A stretch of 64,000 nucleotides of DNA from positions 2,220 to 66,219 of the forward strand of contig DIFQ01000059.1 of the NCBI GenBank assembly GCA_002419215.1, given 5' to 3'. The notes beneath the pieces were generated by a model. That model searched no databases and was not told the origin of the DNA. It worked only from the letters and a program-made list of their open reading frames with translations. Below are positions 26,306 through 34,832 of the stretch, piece after piece. The translations under genes and the position numbers were made by a program. Within the stretch, counting starts at the first letter, position 1. Every line of letters begins with the position of its first letter. This DNA comes from Syntrophaceae bacterium UBA5744 (GTDB taxonomy: Bacteria > Desulfobacterota > Syntrophia > Syntrophales > UBA2192).

Positions 26306-26359
26306 GCATTCCGGACACCACAACCCCGCACATTGCACGTTGCCCGCCATGCCGGGAGC

Positions 26360-27097
26360 TTACTTCCGAAAGAAAAAGTACTCGTGGCAGTCCTTCGGGC
26401 CGTCGAGGTCCCTCACCGAGCCCAGGAGCGTGAAGCCCGTCCCGGCAAGGAGAGCCGAGAACTCTTCGGTGGTGAAGGATGTCATGTAGATGACATTTTT
26501 CGCGTAGTCTCCATCCTTCTGCCTGAGCTTCTCGGACCCGTCGAAGTAGCGCACCTGCACAAGTCCATGACCCCCTTTGCGCAGGAGGCCCGCCGCGGTC
26601 TCCAGGATTTCTTTCGTGTAGGCCTTAGAGGGGAAGTGCTGAAACACGGCGACGGAGAAGAAGAAATCTACGGCTTCCCGCCCAACGCGATCCAGCAACT
26701 GCCTCGGGCGGGCCGCGTCAGCCAGAACCGCCTCGAAATTGGAAAGGCCGCCCCGGTTCAGCTGACGCGCACACTCGTCGAGAGTGGGCTGCGAAATGTC
26801 GACACCGACGACACGGTTAAAATAGCGGCACAGGGCGCTCATGTTTGCCCCGCCGCCGCATCCCCAGTCCAGGGCCGCCTTCGAAGCAAAGCCCACGGCC
26901 GCCTCCGAAGGGGCAAACTGCCGGAAGAAGGTTTCTACCAGGCCGAAGTTGAACTCCCCGTACTCGAGCCATCTCTGCCTCGGCCACCGTGCCGAACCGG
27001 CCCAGTGTGACTGGTCCTGCACCCGCTCGTCATGCCGGCTCAGGCTCCAGTACAGACCCGCGTCTTTCTCAAGGTTTCTCTTCATGTATTTTCTCAA
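26360..27097 (-). CDS. class I SAM-dependent methyltransferase
   Basis: Motif I ALDWGCGGGANM; post-I VVGVDIS. Confidence 0.85.
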   Translation of the reverse strand: MRKYMKRNLEKDAGLYWSLSRHDERVQDQSHWAGSARWPRQRWLEYGEFNFGLVETFFRQFAPSEAAVGFASKAALDWGCGGGANMSALCRYFNRVVGVDISQPTLDECARQLNRGGLSNFEAVLADAARPRQLLDRVGREAVDFFFSVAVFQHFPSKAYTKEILETAAGLLRKGGHGLVQVRYFDGSEKLRQKDGDYAKNVIYMTSFTTEEFSALLAGTGFTLLGSVRDLDGPKDCHEYFFFRK

Positions 27098-27108
27098 CCG
27101 AAATCCGT

Positions 27109-27189
27109 GGGGTCAGGCCTGATTATTGACATTTCGAAAAGAATCGTGTTGCTGAGCGATTTAAAATGTCAATAATCAGGCCTGACCCC
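27109..27189. repeat. perfect 26-bp inverted repeat with 29-nt loop
   Basis: GGGGTCAGGCCTGATTATTGACATTT (27109-27134) and its exact reverse complement AAATGTCAATAATCAGGCCTGACCCC (27164-27189). Confidence 0.95.
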
Positions 27190-27192
27190 GGG

Positions 27193-27236
27193 CCCTACTG
27201 TCTGCTGTCTGCTTTCACCCTATACCCGATAACCTA
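27193..27236. repeat. heptamer arrays (CTGTCTG then CCCTATA type)
   Basis: CCCTACTGTCTGCTGTCTGCTTTCACCCTATACCCGATAACCTA, overlapping the ChaN stop codon. Confidence 0.8.
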
Positions 27237-28082
27237 TTGAAGCACCAGGTAATCGGCATCCTCCGCAGTGACCTTCTCCCGATCCCCCTTCCCCCCCTGC
27301 GCAGGCAGGATGACCGAGACCGTCACATCGGGCCTCATCGTTGCGATCTGGCGGGGGATGGCACGCTTCCAGGCATGCACAGAACCCGCCAGGATGACGA
27401 TCCGGCTACCGGGGTTTTTGTCGAGGTATTCGAGGGCATAGATCGCCATGGCCGTGTCCCAGACCATCTGCGCTTCGCAGAAATGCTCGAAGGAACGCCC
27501 CGATGCGTGGGCGTGCTCCGTGAACGTGCTGCGGATGAACGACCGGTAGGCTTCGTCCAGGGTGCAGGTAAGTCCAGGCGGAAGTTTCTTTCTTTCGGCC
27601 TCCGTCAGCGCGGCAAAGCCTTCAAGCGCCACTTTCGCGATGACTTCCCGCGGCACGTTGAGGCCCAACAGGGGGATCCTCTTCTGCCGGGCATAGAGGA
27701 AGATGTCCCGGTAGAGAACCCAGGGCATCCCCCAGTTTTCCCGGTAGAGCGCCTCGAACTGCTCCGTCGGCATCCCCCAGCGCCACCACTTGTCCAGCAA
27801 CTCCTGGCTCTCGGCCCTGAACATCTCGAGACCGACCGCCAGCGGAGCACCGCCCTCGTAGAGCGTCCGGATGATCTTGAGCTGCAGGTCGTGGTGGGCC
27901 TGGTTGTCATGGGTTTCTCCGATGACGATGACCCGGCTCTTCGAGACCTCCCCGACCATCCGGTCGAAGGGAATCGTAGCCCGGTCCTTCAGCCGTACGA
28001 CGCCACCGTCCTGGCAGCCTGCCAAAAGAGGCGTCGCTGCGGCCATGATCCAGAGCAGGACGATTCGAAAAATGAAATTCAT
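27234..28082 (-). CDS. ChaN-family (haem-binding/Tiki-like) lipoprotein
   Basis: Lipobox PLLAGC. VIVIGETHDNQAHH and GLEMF motifs as in ChaN/DUF399 proteins. Confidence 0.8.
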   Translation of the reverse strand: MNFIFRIVLLWIMAAATPLLAGCQDGGVVRLKDRATIPFDRMVGEVSKSRVIVIGETHDNQAHHDLQLKIIRTLYEGGAPLAVGLEMFRAESQELLDKWWRWGMPTEQFEALYRENWGMPWVLYRDIFLYARQKRIPLLGLNVPREVIAKVALEGFAALTEAERKKLPPGLTCTLDEAYRSFIRSTFTEHAHASGRSFEHFCEAQMVWDTAMAIYALEYLDKNPGSRIVILAGSVHAWKRAIPRQIATMRPDVTVSVILPAQGGKGDREKVTAEDADYLVLQ

Positions 28083-28339
28083 AGGGATTCCCTGCTTTCC
28101 TGTCGTCCATATGAATCGGTACGTGACAAATTGTCAAGAAGATGTATAACGCATCGACATGTAAAGACTTCCGACACTCGGGGGAAATGACCGGCGGTCA
28201 TGTTCTGAATTATTACGATATTTTAGCTTGACAAAAATCATCAACATCATTACTGAAAGAACGTTGCTCTGGTAATATCTGATGATTGCATTGCACTTGA
28301 TGCAATCGAAATATAGATACGATAGAGTAGAAACGCAGG

Positions 28340-29398
28340 ATGATTACCGGATCAGCGCCTTCACTTCGTCCCGATTCAGCACGGGACATGAAGGGCCGAC
28401 AAGGGGAGGTGGTTTCCATCTACACGAGAAGATTGTCCAGGCAGATCCTCGGTTTAATCATGATCCTTCTTCGCGGGCCCTTGCTGGTCGCGCTGTCCGC
28501 GTGCCGACTTTTCAAGTTCAACTGTATCTTCACCGTCTACCCCGGCTCCCAGAAGGACATCGATGGATACCTGCCGCCCGGCTTCAAATGGGCGAAGCAC
28601 CTCGCTTCGGGCAAACCGTTTGTCGCCGGGGTCATCACGACCGGCAACGGACTGGGGCGCGGCCTCGTCCTGGCCGTTCCAAACACCGTGGAACAGTTCA
28701 AAACCGACCGAAAACTCGTCGGGAACATCATGAAACGCCTCAAGCTCACCAAGACCGTGACGGGCGCAAAAACGATCGCCGTCGCAGGACAGGGCCCGCG
28801 CTTCTTCAAGTCCCATTTCCCTTACGAGCAGCCCTTTGTCTACGGCCTGAGGGGCAGGGTTTTCTCCGTCGTGGAGACGGTGGAGAGAGTGGCGGAAAGG
28901 CACAACCTTCCCAAGGCCGGGTCCACGGTCGCCATCCTGGGTGTGGGGGAGATCGGCGAAGCGATCATCCGGAATCTCGAGGAAAAAGGTTACCGGGCCG
29001 TCGGGATCGATATCCAGATAAAAGACGGACGGGTGCAGTTGTGCAGTGAGGGGTTGAAAAGGCTGAAAGAGGCCGATCTGGTCGTTGTCCAGACGCCCCG
29101 CGGCGACGATGTCGTGCCGTACTATGCGGACCTGAAGAAAACGGCGATCCTGGTGGATGATGCTCATCCCCGGATCACCGTCAAGCCGGACGAAGTCAGA
29201 TTCTACAAGGTCGCCATCGGCCGCGCCGGCGTCGAGTTCAAGCCTCCGCTTCCCGGGTACGAGAAGTACTGGATCCCCGGATGCGTCCACGAGTCGCTGG
29301 TCGTTGCAGAATCCGGGAAGGCCGACATGTCGCAGGAGGAATTCAACCGGAGATCGAGAGAGCTTGGCTTCTTCGCCCACCTGGTCGACGACCGCTAG
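28340..29398 (+). CDS. NAD(P)-binding Rossmann-fold protein of uncertain function
   Basis: Dinucleotide fold VAILGVGEIGEAI..GYRAVGID. Overall layout vaguely recalls shikimate-dehydrogenase-like or acyl-ACP-reductase-like enzymes. Start uncertain (28340/28388). Confidence 0.65.
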   Translation: MITGSAPSLRPDSARDMKGRQGEVVSIYTRRLSRQILGLIMILLRGPLLVALSACRLFKFNCIFTVYPGSQKDIDGYLPPGFKWAKHLASGKPFVAGVITTGNGLGRGLVLAVPNTVEQFKTDRKLVGNIMKRLKLTKTVTGAKTIAVAGQGPRFFKSHFPYEQPFVYGLRGRVFSVVETVERVAERHNLPKAGSTVAILGVGEIGEAIIRNLEEKGYRAVGIDIQIKDGRVQLCSEGLKRLKEADLVVVQTPRGDDVVPYYADLKKTAILVDDAHPRITVKPDEVRFYKVAIGRAGVEFKPPLPGYEKYWIPGCVHESLVVAESGKADMSQEEFNRRSRELGFFAHLVDDR

Positions 29399-29527
29399 GG
29401 ACAGGCTAAAGGCGACAGGCCACAGGCTACAGTAGTAAAAAAGGCGAAGAAACAAGTTCCTCGCCTTTATTCATTTTCTTTTCTTACACCCGATACCCTA
29501 TACCCGATACCCAATACCCAATACCCA
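29398..29527. repeat. composite: (GCNACAG)n array - terminator hairpin - (CCCRATA)n array
   Basis: GGGACAGGCTAAAGGCGACAGGCCACAGGCTACAG (29398-29432) and CACCCGATACCCTATACCCGATACCCAATACCCAATACCCA (29487-29527). Each array abuts a stop codon of one of the convergent genes. Confidence 0.9.
29435..29480. terminator. bidirectional terminator-like hairpin between convergent genes
   Basis: AAAAAAGGCGA-13 nt loop-TCGCCTTTATTCATTTTC, embedded between two heptamer arrays. Confidence 0.5.
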
Positions 29528-29530
29528 TTT

Positions 29531-29989
29531 TCATTGGCCGTTGCCGTTCGCAGCCCCGATGCGGTCGATGGTCGTCAGCACCTTGAGCCCGTCGAAGTCC
29601 ACGTAAAAGCCGCCCTCCCTGACGGGGATGCCCATCGCCTTCTCATCGCCCGCCTCGGCAGCCGCCGAGTTGCAGATCCCGACGCTTGCGAAATAACACA
29701 GGGCATCGTTTCGCTCGGCGTGCTCCAGGTTATAGAAGACTTCCCTGTCGTCGGAGAGCCTCCCCTTGTTCGGGTAGACATCGGTCCGGACGACGACGAA
29801 GCACAGCCGGCCGTTCTTTCTTGCGACGATCTGCGGCGTCATGGCAAGCGACGGGTTCGCGCCGAGAATCTCATAGCCGTCCCTGACCATCTCCTCGTAG
29901 ACAATCTGGACCCCGAAGTCCTGGATCTCTTCCCGTGTCAGCCATTCATTTCTTTCCACGAATCGATCTCCCGCAGTGTCATCGGACAC
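29531..29989 (-). CDS. hypothetical protein (152 aa)
   Basis: Host-like codon usage. Ends 7 nt upstream of the hybrid kinase ORF end. No family recognised. Confidence 0.6.
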   Translation of the reverse strand: MSDDTAGDRFVERNEWLTREEIQDFGVQIVYEEMVRDGYEILGANPSLAMTPQIVARKNGRLCFVVVRTDVYPNKGRLSDDREVFYNLEHAERNDALCYFASVGICNSAAAEAGDEKAMGIPVREGGFYVDFDGLKVLTTIDRIGAANGNGQ

Positions 29990-29996
29990 GCAATGC

Positions 29997-32702
29997 CTAA
30001 GCCGCCTTGTCGAGTTCCACCCGGACAGCGACGGCGATCTTTTCCAGCGTGTAAGGCTTTTTCAAGTACTGTCCGGCACCCAGTTTCTGGGCTTCCTTGA
30101 CGCGGTCCGTCTCGGCAAAGCCGCTCACGATGATGGCCTTCTGCCCCGGACGATGCCGCGTGATCTTCCGGTAGGTTTCGAGGCCGTCGATCCCCGGGTC
30201 CATGATCATGTCCAGGATGACGAGGCTCGCCGGCTTGTTCTTCAGGTACTCGACGGCCTCTTCCCCGCTGGCGAGGGTCTCGGTTCTGTAGCCCAGCTTC
30301 CGCAGCATGGCCGAGGCCAGTTCCCTCTGCTCCGCCACGTCATCGACAACCAGGATGGTCTCCCCCTTCGACAGGAATTGCTCGATGGGAATCTTCCGGT
30401 CCTCCGGTTTCACGGCGGAGCGATTCACGGGGAAGTAGAGGCTGAACGTCGACCCCTTCCCTTCGACGCTCTCGATGTCGATGTATCCCTTGTGGTCCTT
30501 CACGGTACCCCAGACAACGGCCATGCCCAGGCCCGTGCCGCTTCGCCCCATGATCTTCTTCGTGTAAAAGGGCTCGAAGATCTTCTTGATGTCCTTCTGC
30601 GCGATCCCGATGCCCGTATCGGAGACCCTCATGACGATGTACTCGCCCTCGGCGACCTGGTCGTAGCCGCGGATCGTTGTGTCCACGTACTGGTTCGTGG
30701 TTTCGATGCGGATGGTGCCGCCGCAGGGCATGGCCTCGGCTGCATTGGAAACAAGATTCATCACAACCTTGGAGAGGTGCACCGAGGAGCCCTGGATGGG
30801 GAGAAGATCCTCGGCGAGATCGTTCTCGATCGTGATTGCGGGATGGAACGAACGGAGCTTTTGGAATTCGGGGCTGCGAAGGTAATCCGTGACGATGCGG
30901 TTCAGTCCCACGGGCTCCATGACAGGCACGCCGCGCCGCGCGAGGGTCAGCAGGTCCTGGACAATGGCGGCGGCCTTCTCGCCCGAGTTCTTGATCGTGA
31001 TGATGCCCCTGCGCAGGGGGCTTTCCTCGGGCAGCTCCATCAGGAGCAGGTCGGGGTAGCCGACGATCCCGCCGAGGATGTTGTTGAGGTCATGGGCCAC
31101 ACCGCCCGCGAGGGTGCCGATGGCCTCCATCTTTTCCGAACGGGCCAGCCTCTCCTCAAGGGCTTTCTTTTCCCGCTCGCTGCGCTTCTTTTCCGTGATG
31201 TCGCGAATGGTTGTGAGAATGGCCTCCTGCCCGGTCAGGGCGATCCTGCTGGCGCAGATCTCGATGTCGACGATGTCCCCGTCTCTCCGGATGTCCCGGA
31301 TCTGGTAGGAACGGAGGTCGTGGTTCGGCCATGTCTGCCTGCGCTCCACGAGAATGTGGCGGTCATCGGGGTGGATGAATTCCATGACATCCCTGCCCAG
31401 GATCTCGCCCTTGTCCTTGTACCCGTGCAGGGAAAGCCAGGCCGGGTTGACGTCGATCATCCTGCCGGCGCGGGAGACGCTCATCGCCTCCACGGAGTCC
31501 TCGAAAAGGGTCCGGTACTTTCTCTCCGAATCCATAAGCGCATTCTCGGCCGCCTTGCGGTCGGTGATGTCCCTCAGGATGGTCAACACCGCCGTCGGGT
31601 TGCCGTTTTCATCCCGCAGGGCCACGTTGGCGGCACAGTGGAAGAAGCCCTCCTGCCCCTGCCGCGTCGTGAGTGTCGTGTCGCTGCTGTGGATCTCCCC
31701 GTCCCGGAATGTCCGGAGCGCGTAGCAGGGATAGGGCTCGCAGGGCCACTGCCGCCTGCAGAGCATCTCGTGGCATTTCACGCCTTCACGGCCCAGAGCG
31801 AAAGATTCTTTTGCCTTTTCGTTAAACCAGACGACGTTCAGGTCCCGGTCGATCATGATCATGGCGTCACCGACGGACCGGAGCATGGCGTTGAGCTTGC
31901 CCTCGCTCGCCCGGAGCGCTTCCTCGGAGCGCTTGCGCTCTTCCATCTCGCCCGCCAACTGGAGGTTCGCCCGATAGAGTTGCGCGGTGCGCTCCTCCAC
32001 CCGCTGCTCGAGCTGTTCGCCCGCCTTGCGCAGTTTCTCCTCGGTATCCTGCAGGGCGGACACGGCGCTCTTGAGCTCCGCGTTGACGCCTTCGAGCTTC
32101 ATCGTGGCCTTCTCGCGGGTCCTTTCGAAAAAGTAGGCAAACGCAGTGATGACCAGGAATGAGGGGATGAAGCGCAGCTTGAAATCCCGCGAGTAGATCG
32201 TGAAGGGGCTCGGCGGGTTCTCCCACATGAAGAAAACAACAGCCGGGACGAGCATCAGCAGCGTTGCGGCAAGCCCCGGCCGGGAGCCGAGGATGAACGA
32301 CGCGATCAGGGGAAAGGTGAAGTACCAGACGTGGGCCGTGTTGTTCACCCCGCCTGTGAAGAGCAGGTAATAATAGAGCACCCCCACGACACCGACCCCG
32401 CAATGGAAGGCCGTTTTGTAGTCCTTCGTCCTGCGGAGGTAGACGATCAGACAGGCGAGCACAAAGGCGGCACAGTAATCCAGCGCGGCGAGCCAGGGGT
32501 TTCTCTGGAAATAGGCAAGCGTTCCCAGCAGGACGAGGTTGAGGATGCCGATCAGGGAGAAGGCGTTGAAGACGATGATCTTGCGTGACATATCACGCCC
32601 CCGATCGTCGCTTATCCCGCCGCTGATCAGGTCGAAGGAGATCCTCTTCAGTTCCTGCACGTTCACGGTCATGGTCTCGTCCCGGCCCCCCCGGACTGGC
32701 AT
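29997..32702 (-). CDS. hybrid sensor histidine kinase / response regulator with membrane sensor and PAS domains
   Basis: About six N-terminal TM helices, coiled coil, PAS repeats, H-box (GGVAHDLNNIL), HATPase_c (GTGLGMAVV), C-terminal receiver (ILVVDDV..LVILDMIMP). Confidence 0.9.
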   Translation of the reverse strand: MPVRGGRDETMTVNVQELKRISFDLISGGISDDRGRDMSRKIIVFNAFSLIGILNLVLLGTLAYFQRNPWLAALDYCAAFVLACLIVYLRRTKDYKTAFHCGVGVVGVLYYYLLFTGGVNNTAHVWYFTFPLIASFILGSRPGLAATLLMLVPAVVFFMWENPPSPFTIYSRDFKLRFIPSFLVITAFAYFFERTREKATMKLEGVNAELKSAVSALQDTEEKLRKAGEQLEQRVEERTAQLYRANLQLAGEMEERKRSEEALRASEGKLNAMLRSVGDAMIMIDRDLNVVWFNEKAKESFALGREGVKCHEMLCRRQWPCEPYPCYALRTFRDGEIHSSDTTLTTRQGQEGFFHCAANVALRDENGNPTAVLTILRDITDRKAAENALMDSERKYRTLFEDSVEAMSVSRAGRMIDVNPAWLSLHGYKDKGEILGRDVMEFIHPDDRHILVERRQTWPNHDLRSYQIRDIRRDGDIVDIEICASRIALTGQEAILTTIRDITEKKRSEREKKALEERLARSEKMEAIGTLAGGVAHDLNNILGGIVGYPDLLLMELPEESPLRRGIITIKNSGEKAAAIVQDLLTLARRGVPVMEPVGLNRIVTDYLRSPEFQKLRSFHPAITIENDLAEDLLPIQGSSVHLSKVVMNLVSNAAEAMPCGGTIRIETTNQYVDTTIRGYDQVAEGEYIVMRVSDTGIGIAQKDIKKIFEPFYTKKIMGRSGTGLGMAVVWGTVKDHKGYIDIESVEGKGSTFSLYFPVNRSAVKPEDRKIPIEQFLSKGETILVVDDVAEQRELASAMLRKLGYRTETLASGEEAVEYLKNKPASLVILDMIMDPGIDGLETYRKITRHRPGQKAIIVSGFAETDRVKEAQKLGAGQYLKKPYTLEKIAVAVRVELDKAA

Positions 32703-32893
32703 CGCTTGGGCGATGTCCTAAAAATACCTTTTAACTAGCAGGGACCATGCCACTTCGCCTCACCTTCAGAAAAAAGGGGTCCTTACAAAAGCATGTAATT
32801 TCAGTTAGTTAGCGAAGCATTCGGGGTGCATGGCGGTCGGCTTTCAGGGATGGCACTCCGGCACCTCGCCATGTTCTTGACACACGGGAGAAA

Positions 32894-32961
32894 GTGACTG
32901 AGTGTCTGAGTGCTTGAGTGCCTGAGTGAAGAAAGAAGGGGGTCGGGAGTCAGGATGCAGG
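32894..32961. repeat. paired arrays (TGAGTGYN then GGRNKCR units)
   Basis: GTGACTGAGTGTCTGAGTGCTTGAGTGCCTGAGTG - AAGAAAGAA - GGGGGTCGGGAGTCAGGATGCAGG. Confidence 0.8.
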
Positions 32962-32995
32962 ATTTTCCAATTAATGCGTGCGGTCGCGGGTAGGG

Positions 32996-33946
32996 CTAGA
33001 GGTTGGTGGACAGTTGGGCTTCAATCTGCCGGAGAAGACGGGCCTGTTCGCGGTAGAACCCATGTGCCTCCTCGAGAGTCACCCTCTGGAACCGCACCCG
33101 GTTGCCGGGCACGGCCTGGGCGATCTTCGAAAGGTCCGTTGAGATGACCGTGGCAATCTTCGTGTATCCTCCCGTCGTCTGCTCGACAAGCAGGATGATG
33201 GGCTGGCCGTCGGCGGGCAGCTGAACATTGCCCGGCACGGTGGGCTCCGAAATAATGCTCTGCGGAAAGCCCTCGTCGTGATGGACGGGCGGCCCCTTGA
33301 GACGATACCCCATGCGGTCCGCCTCGGATGTCACCTCGTAGACCCCGCCGAAGAAGGTCTCGAGACCGGAGGCGAACACTTCCTCCTGGGGACCCTCAAT
33401 GGCCCTCAACATGATCTCCGGCAGGTACGATGGGATAAAGTCTGCGGGCAGCGTCCGGAGCCTGGAGAGGGGTTCCGCGGAAAGCCTGGCGAGCACGTCG
33501 TCTTTCCTCAGAGTTCTGCCCCCTACACCGCCTATCCTTGCCTTCACGCAGGTGGCCCGGCTCCCCATGACCGGGGGAACGTGGATGCCTCCCGTGACGG
33601 CAAGGTAAGAACGACAACCGCTTTTCGCCTGGCGGATGCGGACGACGTCCCCTTTGCTCAAGCGGATCGTCTGCCACATCGGTGCAGCGGTCTGGTTCAC
33701 CGTGACGGCCATGTGGGCCCCTGTCAGGGCCACATCGGCTTCCCCGAGGACCTCCAGGGCGGGCCCCATCACGGTGATCTCGAGGACAGCGGCATCGGCA
33801 GGATTACCCACCAGGAGGTTGGCAATCCTGTATGCGTATGGATCCAGCACCCCCGACGGGGGAACGCCGCGGTCGATGAAGCTGTAGCGGCCCCTGTCCT
33901 GGACCGTCGTGAAGGAACCCGGAGAGATCACACGGAAGGCGTCCAT
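32996..33946 (-). CDS. pxpC: 5-oxoprolinase subunit C (biotin-independent carboxyltransferase-like, KipA/AHS2)
   Basis: AHS2-type sequence (FTTVQDRGR.., GAIQLPADGQPIILL-like segment). ATGA overlap with pxpB. Confidence 0.88.
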   Translation of the reverse strand: MDAFRVISPGSFTTVQDRGRYSFIDRGVPPSGVLDPYAYRIANLLVGNPADAAVLEITVMGPALEVLGEADVALTGAHMAVTVNQTAAPMWQTIRLSKGDVVRIRQAKSGCRSYLAVTGGIHVPPVMGSRATCVKARIGGVGGRTLRKDDVLARLSAEPLSRLRTLPADFIPSYLPEIMLRAIEGPQEEVFASGLETFFGGVYEVTSEADRMGYRLKGPPVHHDEGFPQSIISEPTVPGNVQLPADGQPIILLVEQTTGGYTKIATVISTDLSKIAQAVPGNRVRFQRVTLEEAHGFYREQARLLRQIEAQLSTNL

Positions 33947-34650
33947 CAGGTGCCCTCCTTCACGCGGATGCGATCGTATTCCCCGCCCGTGACAGGCACA
34001 AAACGGATACGGTCCCCTGCCTCGTAGAGGAAGGGGGTTTCCCGCTCGGGCGCGAAAAGTCGAAGCGGCGTGCGGCCGATGATCTGCCAGCCGCCGGGGC
34101 TGTCTACGGGGTACATGCCCGTCTGGGACTCGGCGATCCCGACGGAGCCGCCGGGCAGCAGCGTCCGCGGTGTCTTTCGCCTCGGCGTGTGGATCCGCCT
34201 GTCGAGCCCGCCCAGGTAGCAGAAGCCGGGGGTGAAACCGATCATGTAGATGGGGTAGTCCGTCCCCGCGTGGATGGCAATGACCTGCTCAGCGGTCAGT
34301 CCGTTGTGCTGCGCCACGATCGCGAGGTCGGGGCCGAACTCGCCGCCATACAGGACGGGGATCTCGACGATCCGGGGAGGCGGGATCTCGATCTCGTGAA
34401 TCCGTGCTTCCAATCCCTGAACGAGTGAGAGGAGTTTCGCCGGCGATGTGAGCAGGGGATCGTAGAGGAGCGACAGGTTGCGGTAGGCGGGGATGACGGC
34501 CTCGACGCCTTCGGGAAGCCCCGTCTTCAGGAGTGCCGCCATGGCACGGACCTTTTCGTTGACGGCCGGGTCGATTGCGTCGCCGTACTCCACGAGCACG
34601 GCCCGGTCGCCGCTGATGCGAATGCGGGGCTTTTCGAATAGGTGAGACAT
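33946..34650 (-). CDS. pxpB: 5-oxoprolinase subunit B (KipI/AHS1)
   Basis: AHS1-type sequence (AVLVEYGD.., IPVLYGGEFGPDL, GFTPGFCYLGGLD). Confidence 0.88.
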   Translation of the reverse strand: MSHLFEKPRIRISGDRAVLVEYGDAIDPAVNEKVRAMAALLKTGLPEGVEAVIPAYRNLSLLYDPLLTSPAKLLSLVQGLEARIHEIEIPPPRIVEIPVLYGGEFGPDLAIVAQHNGLTAEQVIAIHAGTDYPIYMIGFTPGFCYLGGLDRRIHTPRRKTPRTLLPGGSVGIAESQTGMYPVDSPGGWQIIGRTPLRLFAPERETPFLYEAGDRIRFVPVTGGEYDRIRVKEGT

Positions 34651-34717
34651 GCAGTCTACCTGGCCCGATCGGTGTTCCTGCGATACCCTCACAGGCAACG
34701 GCTTCGCGGCCGGATTC

Positions 34718-34831
34718 GGGTCTCGGGGATCGGGGATCGGGTATCGGGTATCGGGGTGGAATAAGATTTCATCTATAAAAAAGATTGAGTACCTTCAGCC
34801 CCTATACCCGAAACCCAATACCCAATACCCC
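34718..34831. repeat. GGGTATC/CCCTATA heptamer hairpin between pxpA and pxpB
   Basis: GGGTCTCGGGGATCGGGGATCGGGTATCGGGTATCGGGG - TGGAATAAGATTTCATCTATAAAAAAGATTGAGTACCTTCAG - CCCCTATACCCGAAACCCAATACCCAATACCCC. Confidence 0.9.
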
Positions 34832-34832
34832 T

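Noticed and set aside
27109-27189. Interpretation of the 26-bp perfect inverted repeat as Tn3-family terminal repeats (GGGGTC.. start), i.e. a miniature TIME element.
   Set aside because: I found no 5-bp target-site duplication (flanks TCCGT versus GGGCC). The element is only 81 bp, similarity to Tn3 ends is limited to the first 6 nt, and there is no transposase in the window.
28340-29398. Calling the Rossmann-fold protein a cyanobacterial-type acyl-ACP reductase.
   Set aside because: I recognise only a generic dinucleotide-binding motif and a similar length, with no aldehyde-deformylating partner gene. The evidence is too weak for a specific call.
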